Assembly (NCBI RefSeq): GCF_006345805.1
Contig: NC_042999.1
Location: forward strand, 99,386,001 to 99,450,000
DNA from: Octopus sinensis
Taxonomy: Eukaryota
Direction: 5' to 3'
Length of the DNA: 64,000 nucleotides
The position numbers and the translations under genes were made by a program. The notes under the pieces were generated by a model, which saw only the letters and a list, made by a program, of their open reading frames with translations, searched no databases and had not been told where the DNA came from. Shown piece by piece: positions 1-8,910 of the stretch (positions within the stretch are counted from its first letter, which is position 1; every line of letters begins with the position of its first letter).

Positions 1-120
1 TTTACCTTTTTAGATTTGAATGAAATTTAATAGTATTTGCAAATGTCTAATTCAATAAAAAATTATTTTTATGCATTTGTGTACGTTTAAACCGATTCAA
101 TATTGTTTTACAAAATAATA

Positions 121-1458
121 GACGGTGTCCACAAAGTCTGCGTACATGGGAATTAACATATACTTTTAAAACAAAACAATTTTATTTAATTATGTTAATA
201 AATAATATTTTCAAAGTGATTTCCATCATTTTTCAATGCATAACTTGATGCGCCTTGCAAAATTCAGGTGAACTTGATTAAATAAGTCTACATTGCCATC
301 AATTTCAGCACACTGACTGGTAATGCGTTCTCTCATGTGTTTTAAATCTGTAATCTTTATTGAGTAAACTTTCTCTTTCAACATACCACAGAAAAAGAAA
401 TCAAGGGGAGAAAGGTCTGGTGAACGAGGGGACCATTCCATATGACCCCTTCTTCCAATCTAGTGAGGAGGAAAAGTGTCATTAAATCAATCTCTAACAG
501 TTGTGGCAAAATGGGTAGGGGCCCCTTCCTGCTGAAACCAATTCGGAAGGCCCTCGCCTAGGCGCTCAATTTAAGATATTAATTTGTCTCTCAATATATT
601 TGCATAAGTCTCATCCGTTACATGTTCAATGAAGAAGGGTCCTAGAACATGAGTTTTCCAAAAACCACACCACACCATCACCTTTTTGCTGTCTTGCTGT
701 TTGGATAGATCCATCCAATGTGGATTACCTCGAGACCAGTATAGAAGATTCTGTCTGTTGACCTCACCATTTACATAAAACGTAGCTTTGTCACTGAACA
801 ACACAAAGTTTTTCGTAAAATTGATATTTTCATCCAATTTATCTGAAAACCATTCGCACGTCTACATTCGTCTATCAGGATCGTCTTCATTTAAGTGATG
901 CAATATCTGTAGGTTGTATCGATGAAACTTTTCCTCAACCAGCATTTTGTGGATGGTTGGTTTTGGAACACCTAACACCGTAGATGTCCGACGAAGTGAT
1001 TTTTGGGGGCTAGCTAGCAGAAACTTTAGCCTCGACAGCCTCTTTAGTTTCATCTGAAATCTTTGGTCGCCCGGAACGTGGTTTATCCGAAACACTGCCT
1101 GTTTCTTTAAATTTCTTGATCAATTTCCTGACGGCAGTAAAATAAATAGGTTGCCTACAAGGGTGTGGAAGATTAAATTCTTCCGCAATTTTGCGATAAG
1201 ACCATCCCTCTCGTCCACTTAATAATACTAACTCGATTCTTCCTTCTTTAGACAGATTCATCATTCGATCTGGGATTCTTTCTTCTTTAGACAGAGCCAT
1301 CATTCGATCATCTGTAGAAAAAATAACAAATAAATTTAGAAAAGTAAAGTATTTTTTTATTTAATTTAAACAAAAGTAAAAAAGGAAAATTATTGTTTCT
1401 TATATTTATTTGTTTATGTTATGATTTTATTCCATAAACCCAGACTTCGTGGACACCC
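121..1458 (-). mobile_element. Decayed full-length Tc1/mariner-superfamily DNA transposon
   Basis: TIRs GGTGTCCACAAAGTCTG (124-140) and CAGACTTCGTGGACACC (1441-1457), with TA at 119-120 and 1459-1460. Frameshifted transposase pieces on the minus strand: HTH with KPRSGRPK (1010-1303), VLFSDKATF and KVMVWCG (571-837), WSPRSPDLSPLDFFF (226-441). Confidence 0.88.
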
Positions 1459-1460
1459 TA

Positions 1461-2530
1461 AAATTGCTTTGATTAAAACCCTTTCAACATGGAAGTATCC
1501 AAGGAGCATTTAAGGCACATATAATTCTTTATGAGTACAATAAAGGTAACTCTGCAGCCGAAGTGACTCGAAACATACACTCAGTTTATGGGAAAGTGCT
1601 CGAATGAAAGAACTTGCAGGAGATCGTCTGCAAAATTGAAGATGAATATCGAACAGGATGTCCAGTTGAGTTTGATAAGCTCCTTGAGGCATTACTTGAA
1701 GAAAATCCGTCATTATCAGTTGAAGAATTGGCAATAAAGCTTACTTCAAACCATACAACAGTTCATCGTCATCTTCAACAACGTGGAAAGATTCCTAAAC
1801 TTGGAAAATAGGTGCCTTATGTATTGTCCGAAAGCAACCGCAAATCCCGAGTTAGCTTCTGCTCTTCTCTCCAGTCTCGCAAACTCATTTCACCCTTTTT
1901 CGATAGACTTGTGATGAAAAATGGATTTTCTATCGAAATGTTAAACGTCGTAAACAGTGGCTTGGTAAAAGGGAAAATTCTCAACCACAACCGAGAAGGG
2001 AACTTCATGGGAAAAAGATTCTACTCTTTATATTATTACCACCTAATGCAACAATCAATGCTCAAGTCTACTGTCAGCAATTAGAGCGTTTGAACCAAGC
2101 TTTGAAGGTAAAAAGAGCCGCTTTAGTGAGTCGAAAACGAGTGATGTTTCATCAGGACAATGTACAACCCCACACTGCAAAGATCACATCACAGAAGATC
2201 GAAGGGGTCGGTTTGGAAAAATTTCTTCATCCAACTTATTCTCCCGACCTTACTCCTTCAGGATACCATTTGTTTCATAGTTTACAGAATTAGTAGCGGG
2301 ATACAACTTTCGCAAGCCAGGGGGGGGTCGAATCTGACATTTCAGAGTTCTTCGCTTTCAAACCAAAAGAGTTTTACGTTGATGGGATTAAAAAGCTTGT
2401 AAATAGATGGAGGTAAGTCATAGATAATTAGGGAAAGTACATTGATGATTAACTTTCAATTAAATATAACATTTGATCACTTGTATTCTTTATCCAAAAT
2501 TCAGACAGAACTTATGGGATGACCTGAGAT
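1461..2530 (+). mobile_element. Decayed mariner (DD34D-type) transposon
   Basis: ATG at 1489 (MEVSKEHLRH...EYNKGNSAAE), KLGK*VPYVL (WVPHEL-like), FHQDNVQPH, HPTYSPDLTPSGYHLF. Multiple stops and frameshifts; right TIR-like CAGAACTTATGGGATGACCTGA at 2506-2527. Confidence 0.88.
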
Positions 2531-2926
2531 ATATACACCGGCGAAAATATATTTAAGACAGACGATAAAAGTTCTATTTCTTACAAAATATTTTGTTACT
2601 AACACCATACAAATTATTTTTATCTTTTACACCTTATGCAAAATTTATTTCGCTTTCGAATGATGCAGACAATAACCATTTTTATACAACTTGAAGAATT
2701 CTAATGCTAAACATAATTTTAATGGAGATAACCTGCAGTATATAGTACAACATTTTTGTCTCTGTATATGAGCTAAGTATTAATAAAATGTGGTATACGA
2801 TAAAAATTTCGGATATTTGTCTTAAAACATTCAGACAAGAAAATTCAGACATAGCACATGAGGTATTATTCCATACGAATATCCACATATTTATATTAAG
2901 AATTTCATGATAAAAATATAGAAATA

Positions 2927-3493
2927 CTGGGTTGTCCAGAAAGTTCTTGCCGATTTATAGTAGCTTATCTTTCGACTTATCTTAGAACATGTTTGAGTCC
3001 ATAAAATAGGATTAGACTACACCTCCATTTGGAGCACAGTTTAATCTATCTTTTCGTGGAAGAAGGTTCATGTTCCAATAACCTGTGCTAATTCTGTAAC
3101 CCTTTAAATTAAAAGATGAGAAAAATTCATTATCGGCATTTGATGCTTTGGGAACCAGACAAAAATTGCTGCAGCTTGACCGGGGTGACTTACCCCACCC
3201 TCCATATTCACCAGATATTACTTCTTCGGATTTCCACTTATTCAGGTCTCTGCAGAATAGTCTTAATGGTGAAAATTTCAATTCCTTAGATGACGTAAAA
3301 AGATACCTTGATGAATTATTTGTCTTGAAACCACCCCAATTCTGGGAAGAGGGTATTTTTAAGGTAAAGGTAAGATGGAGACGTATTGTGCAACGAAATG
3401 GTTCAGATTTGGTTCATTAAAAATGTAATGGCAAGTATTTAGTGACCATGTACTTTCCTTTAAAAATCGGAACGAACTTTCCGGACAACCCAA
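2927..3493 (+). mobile_element. Internally deleted non-autonomous mariner (567 bp)
   Basis: TIRs CTGGGTTGTCCAGAAAGTTC (from 2927) and GAACTTTCCGGACAACCCAA (to 3493), flanked by TA. N-terminus MRKIHYRHLML (ATG 3116) is joined out of frame to the C-terminal LPHPPYSPDITSSDFHLFRSLQN (3148-3420). Confidence 0.88.
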
Positions 3494-5087
3494 TATAAAC
3501 ATAACAATGAAATACGAATATAAACATGAAAAATAAAAACCTAAATTGAAAGAGGCGATTAAAATTTTTTCCTAACCTGCAGCCATTTGTTGTACGAAGT
3601 ATTCGGAATTCAGCCTTCCTTCCTCAGGGTTCCTTTCTCGTGGTAAAATCCAGCAGAAAGCAGAAAATAGTTTGATAAAAGGATGTGATATAATGACACT
3701 TATTCATAGATACTCAAAAACTGAACTTTCACCAACTGAATACTTGTTATATCACATCGATTTTATTATTACCCACAAGGGGCGAACATAGAGGGGGACA
3801 GTACAATCGGGGGAAAAAAAAAATAATGAAATATGAAATATGTATAAATGTGGTGTAATGCTCCACCCGATCCCCGAAATCAGGTGGTTACATTTCGTCA
3901 TTTTATAATGTTTTCAAAAGTAACCAATTCATTTTTCAGCATTTCGCAATACATTTCAATACATTTCAAAATATAATTTCAAAATACATTATCAATTACA
4001 GACAAATTGTTTTCACAAATTCACATATAAAACTTTCGCAATACATCTTTAAGATTTCAAAATACATTTGAAATGAACAAAAGTCTTTTCCAAAGTCTCT
4101 CTTTTTTTTTTTTTTCTTGTAATTTTAAATTAGCTCCATTACCTTTTTTAGGTCATTGTAGTTTTCCATTTCTCTTGGGTACCTTAGTAGTCGGCACTTC
4201 ATGTGTCTAGTTATGTTCATACCAGCGGCCTCGATAAACGCATCGGCGTTGTCTTCATGGACCAGTGCACCCGTTTCCTTCCACTCCGTGCCCATTCTGA
4301 CCCATGAATATCCCTCCGTTTCACTTATTAGTTCCTCCATCTCCCCACATTGTCTATATTGAACCAATGTTCCGTAAAATTTGTATCTTCTATTTGACTA
4401 TGTTTTCTTTGGTTTTCCTCTTCGGGCTTACTTCTTTACCTCCCTCTCTCGGTTTTTCTCTTTCTCTCTTTTTGCTTTCCTTTTCTTTTTCTTTCTCTTG
4501 TCTTTTTGGTTCTTTGTCTGTCGTATGTTCTTTTCCTGTTTTTTCTTTTTGTGTAGCAGCCTTTCCTTTCTCTTGGTTCTGTTCCTTCTCTTGTTTTTTT
4601 TCCTGTTTTTTCTCTTTCCTTTATTTTACTTTCTTTTTCTTTCTCTATTACCTGTGACTTTTGTTCTTTTTCTATTAATTCCTTCTCTTTGCTTTCATTT
4701 TCCTTCTGTGTATTGTTATTTCCTTTTACCTTTGTTTCCTTTTCCTTGCTTTCTTTCTCCTTTAGGGTATTGTTCCCTTCTTCGGGTTCTTTTTCTTTCT
4801 CTTTTTTGTTTTCCTCTGCTTCTTCGCACTCCTCCACGTATTCGTAAAGCGGACATTCTTTTTTAATGTGACCTCTAGTCCCACATAAATAACAGTTGGG
4901 TTTCCTACCCTCAACGATTACGCAGAGGGGTCTACCATTTTCTACTTCTATTTGGAAGGGAATTCGGTCTATGCTGGTCTCTTTTATCGATCCAATTTCT
5001 ATACCTTCTTCCGCTGATCCTAGCCATTCTGTTTTTAAATCTGGGGGTATGTTTGGGATTTTAACCCGCACCCCTCTTTTCCCCTTG

Positions 5088-5270
5088 ATAATGATAATGA
5101 TGATGATGATGATTATGATGATTATCATGCTGATGATGAATTTTATCTGGCCATTGAGGACAGAATATTCTCAATGGCCAGATAAAATTCATCATCAGCA
5201 TGATAATCATCATAATCATCATCATCATCATCATAACCATCAACAACAACAACCACAACGATAATAATGA
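5088..5270. repeat. (ATG)n/(ATC)n microsatellite containing a perfect 62-bp inverted repeat
   Basis: Arms 5097-5158 and 5170-5231 are exact reverse complements around an 11-nt loop. Confidence 0.95.
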
Positions 5271-5282
5271 TTATCCTATTTA

Positions 5283-5473
5283 CTAAAGACACAAATCCTG
5301 ATTTTTGGAGAGAGGAGGCGAGTCAACTATATCGACCCCAGTGTGTAACTGGTACTTATTTCATCGACCCTGAAAAGATAAAAGGCAAAGTCGACCTAGG
5401 CGGAATTTGAACTTAGAATGTAAGGACGGACAAAATGCCGCTAAGTATTTAACCCGGCGTGTTAACGATTCTG
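5283..5473 (-). mobile_element. tRNA-derived SINE (octopus-type)
   Basis: Shared core ATCGACCCC...AAAGGCAAAGTCGACCT.GGCGGAATTTGAACT seen in many copies in this window. Confidence 0.8.
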
Positions 5474-5704
5474 ATAATAGCAACGGCGACAGCAACCAGA
5501 AAAATGGTGGATTACAGCAGGAGTAACAGTAGTAGCCTTAATAAGAATGATAACAACACCACCACCTCCACCAACAACAACAAAGACAGTAAAAACAATA
5601 ACATGAGTAACAACAGCAACAACAACTACAACAGAAGCACCGCCCAGCATTGGCAACAACGCTTAACGACCAAGAACAATGGTTAAAGCAACATCTAATA
5701 ACCC

Positions 5705-5885
5705 ATTTCTTTATTACCCACAAGGGGCTAAACACAGAGGGGACAAACAAGGACAGACATAGGTATTAAGTCGATTACATCGACCCCCAGTGCGTAACTG
5801 GTACTTAATTTATCGACCCCGAAAGGATGAAAGGTAAAGTCGACCTCGGCGGAATTTGAACTCAGAACGTAACGGCAGACGAAAC
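5705..5885 (-). mobile_element. tRNA-derived SINE, 5'-truncated, with CCCCTTGTGGGTAATAA tail
   Basis: Same core; near-identical to 13752-13981. Confidence 0.85.
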
Positions 5886-5901
5886 CGTAACAGCGACAAC
5901 G

Positions 5902-6260
5902 ATGACGCCACCATCACAATGTCAACCAAGGAACGTCAACGCGAAAATCGTCACCGCCATCACGACTACAGCCAACATCAGCATCAACAACAAGAACAAC
6001 TATAGTAACGACTATAATACCAGTAATATCAGCAACAGGGATTCTAACAACTTCGATGTGCCAATCTTCATCACCGTCATCACTGTCATCATCATCAGCA
6101 TCGTCATCATCTTCATCATCATCACAACCTCTACTACCACCGTCCTCATCCTCATCTTCTTCGTCGTAGTCGTCATTATTTTCCTCCTCATCCTCCTCAT
6201 CATCATCCTCATCATCATTATCGTTATCATTATCATCATCATCATTATAGTAACCAGTGT
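5902..6260. repeat. Degenerate (ATC/AAC)n trinucleotide tract
   Basis: Visible low-complexity triplet repeats. Confidence 0.85.
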
Positions 6261-6802
6261 CGTTACCAACAGTGTTGTAACAAAGTATTTAACAATCTAC
6301 AATACAGAGCAAAAGAGAATTTTCAAAAAAAAAAAAAGAACGTTTTGTTGCGTACCTCACCTCCACCGTACCATATTTCCTGCCTCTGCATACAAAGGTA
6401 GCCTTTTTCATAACGTCGTCCAGACATTTTTCTATGTCTTCTATCGCTATTCTCGATAGCTTTCTTGTGGTCGTGTCCTGTGTCCTATAGATTATAGTTT
6501 TGTCCTCTTTTTCCTCCTTTGCTTCAACAGGGGGGACCAGTTTCACTCTGTCACCCTCCCTTTCAATGAATTTCTCAAATTCCTCTAGCTGTTCTTTTTT
6601 TAAGAACACCTCTCTTACTGTCAGCGGCGTATCGCTTTTCATTGCGACGACCCCCGCGTAAGTCTCCATGACTTGAGGGTCGGCGCACTTTCTACAAAAA
6701 GTTTCTAACGCGCTGCGGCAAATGCCTCGCGTGATTCAAATTTCTATATACAAGAATTAACAATTACTCACTCAATGAAGACTGGTGTCATTATATCACC
6801 TC

Positions 6803-8701
6803 TGTTTTATTATTACCCACTAGGGGCTACATAGATAGGACAATACAATCGGGAAAATGAATAATGAATTATGAAATTTGTACAATGTGGTGCAATGCCC
6901 ACTCGATCCCCGAAATCGAGTGGTTACATTTCGTCAATTAATTTTGTTCGTCAACAATATTTTCAAATAAAACATTTTTTTCATTTTCAACATACATTTC
7001 AAAAAGTTTTACAAAAGTTCAACATTTCTTTTTTTTTTTTTTTTTTCCGAATTTAAAGTTCTTTTTATCATTTCCAATTTAAGTTTTCACAATACCTTTT
7101 CTTTTATATATACTCCATTATGTCTACCAACTCTGAGTACACTTCCATTGTTCGAGGCCACCTTGTAAGTCGGCATTTCATATGTTTTGACACGTTCTCG
7201 CCAGCTGCCTCGATGAACGCCTCGGCGTCATTCTCGTGGACGAGTGCACCTGTTTCTTTCCATTCGGTGCCCATCCTGACCCACGTATATCCGTTTGTTA
7301 CGCTTATTAAATCTTCCATCTCCTCACAGTGCCTGTGATGGATCAAAGTTCCATAGTATTTGAATTTTCTATTCGTATCTACGTTTTCTCTAGTTTTTCT
7401 CTTAGGACTTACTTCCTCTTTTTTCTCCTCCCTCGGTTTCTCTCTTTCTCTCTTTTTGCTTTCTCTTCTTTCTTTTTCCTTCTCTTGTCTTTTTGGCTCT
7501 TTGTCTGCCGTCTCTCTACCCTGTGCCTTAAGTTCCTTTCCTGTTGTTTCTTTTCCTTTCTCTCGGTTCTGTTCCTTCTCTTGTTCTTTTCCTGCTTTTT
7601 CTCTTCCCTTTAATGTACTTTCCTTTTCTTTCTCTTTCTTCTGCCTTGGCTCCTTCTCCACTACTTCTGCACCCTGTGAATTTTGCTCCTTTTCTACTAT
7701 CTTCTTCCCTTTGTTTTCATTTTCCTTCAGTGCGCTGTTACTTCCCTTCTCTTGTTGTTTCTCCGTTATTTCCTTTTCCTTGTTTTCGCTGTTCTTTCCT
7801 TCGTGTTCGTTTTCCTTCTCTCCACTTTGTGTCTCTTTTTGCTCCGCTGTGAATTCATACAGCGGACATTCCTTTTTTATGTGCCCTCTTGATCCGCACA
7901 GGTAGCAATTCGGTTTTCTGCCTTCCACTATTACACTAATTGTCTTCTCGTTTTCTATTTCTATTTGGAAGGGAAATCTTTCGATGTCTTCCATTTTGGC
8001 CATTAGCCACAACTCTACTCCGTATCCCTTCCAATTTACAACGTTCGACTCCTTAATTGACCCTATTTCTACTTCCTCTTTTGCTGCCCCAATAATGGCT
8101 GTTACCAGCATTTCTGTTTTAATATTTGGGGGCACCTTTGGGACTCTTACCCGTACCCCTCGTCTTCCTTTATAAGTCGGCCACATGGTGAAATTTTCCG
8201 CTTTCAGGACAGTGGAAGCCAATGAGGCCGCCACTTCCTTTGTTGCGCATCTCACCTCTACCGTACCATATTTCTTTCCTCTCTCTACAAAAGTCGCTTT
8301 TTTCATAATGTCCCCCAGACATTTCTCTATTTCTTCAATCGTCACTCTCACCAGTTTTCTCGTGTTTCTATCTTGCGTTCTATACGTTATCGTCTTGTTA
8401 ATTTTTTCTTCTATTGTTTCCACAGGCGGGACCAGCTTCACGCTGTCACCCTCCCTTTTGACGAACTTCTCGTATTCCTTCAATTGTTCTTTTCTAAAGA
8501 ACACTTCTCTTATTCTAAGAGACTCGTCACTTTTTGTTGTGGCGACCCCCGCGTAAGTCTCCATGACTTGAGGGTCGACACACCTTCTATAAAAGGTTCA
8601 AACACGTAGCGGCATACGCCTCGCGCGATTCAATTTTTGGCAATTTTTAACAGTCTTTTTTCAATTATCACATACAGAATAACTCACAACACATTATATG
8701 G
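6803..8701 (-). mobile_element. ORF1(gag)-only retroelement, copy B (intact, no RT)
   Basis: Bounded by a 13-bp direct repeat ATTATATCACCTC (6790-6802 / 8702-8714). About 140-nt 5' UTR, single ORF, about 300-nt 3' UTR ending GGGTAATAATAAAA on the sense strand. Confidence 0.82.
7104..8564 (-). CDS. 486-aa gag-like / LINE ORF1-like protein: RRM-like region, CCHC zinc knuckle, K/E-rich linker, conserved C-terminal domain
   Basis: Uninterrupted ORF. CX2CX4HX4C (CYLCGSRGHIKKEC) preceded by FPFQIEIENEKTISVIVEGRKP and VRVPKVPP, resembling Tx1/L1-clade ORF1 (pattern recognition, not searched). Confidence 0.85.
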   Translation of the reverse strand: METYAGVATTKSDESLRIREVFFRKEQLKEYEKFVKREGDSVKLVPPVETIEEKINKTITYRTQDRNTRKLVRVTIEEIEKCLGDIMKKATFVERGKKYGTVEVRCATKEVAASLASTVLKAENFTMWPTYKGRRGVRVRVPKVPPNIKTEMLVTAIIGAAKEEVEIGSIKESNVVNWKGYGVELWLMAKMEDIERFPFQIEIENEKTISVIVEGRKPNCYLCGSRGHIKKECPLYEFTAEQKETQSGEKENEHEGKNSENKEKEITEKQQEKGSNSALKENENKGKKIVEKEQNSQGAEVVEKEPRQKKEKEKESTLKGREKAGKEQEKEQNREKGKETTGKELKAQGRETADKEPKRQEKEKERRESKKREREKPREEKKEEVSPKRKTRENVDTNRKFKYYGTLIHHRHCEEMEDLISVTNGYTWVRMGTEWKETGALVHENDAEAFIEAAGENVSKHMKCRLTRWPRTMEVYSELVDIMEYI

Positions 8702-8910
8702 ATTATATCACCTCCTTTTATCAAACTACTTTCAAGATTTTCACGTTTAAATAAGAAATGAAGATCATTTAGTTAATCATGCAATTTTGGGAATATTCCA
8801 TTTTTTACTGATATATACTACAATAACAAAGAAATTATCTAAGATTTTAGATTTATGCATAAGTATTCTTATGGTTCCAAAACACATGGTTCTCAGTTCA
8901 GTCCCACTGA

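Larger units (their letters stand above)
3759..6790 (-). mobile_element. ORF1(gag)-only retroelement, copy A (disrupted)
   Basis: The N-terminal piece (6344-6669) and C-terminal pieces (4125-5087) are colinear with the intact ORF at 7104-8564 (79/109 aa identical over the N-terminus). CYLCGTRGHIKKEC knuckle; frameshifts in the K/E-rich region; interrupted by a 5088-6343 insertion; 3' UTR homologous to copy B. Confidence 0.85.

Noticed and set aside
6880-6940. Hammerhead or HDV ribozyme in the gag-element 3' UTR (UUGACGA followed by a stem)
   Set aside because: No GAAA/UH after the stem and no nested pseudoknot could be built; kept only as a stem-loop.
4304-8556. Plus-strand F/S/L-rich ORFs resembling membrane proteins
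   Set aside because: Antisense shadows of the K/E-rich gag ORF.
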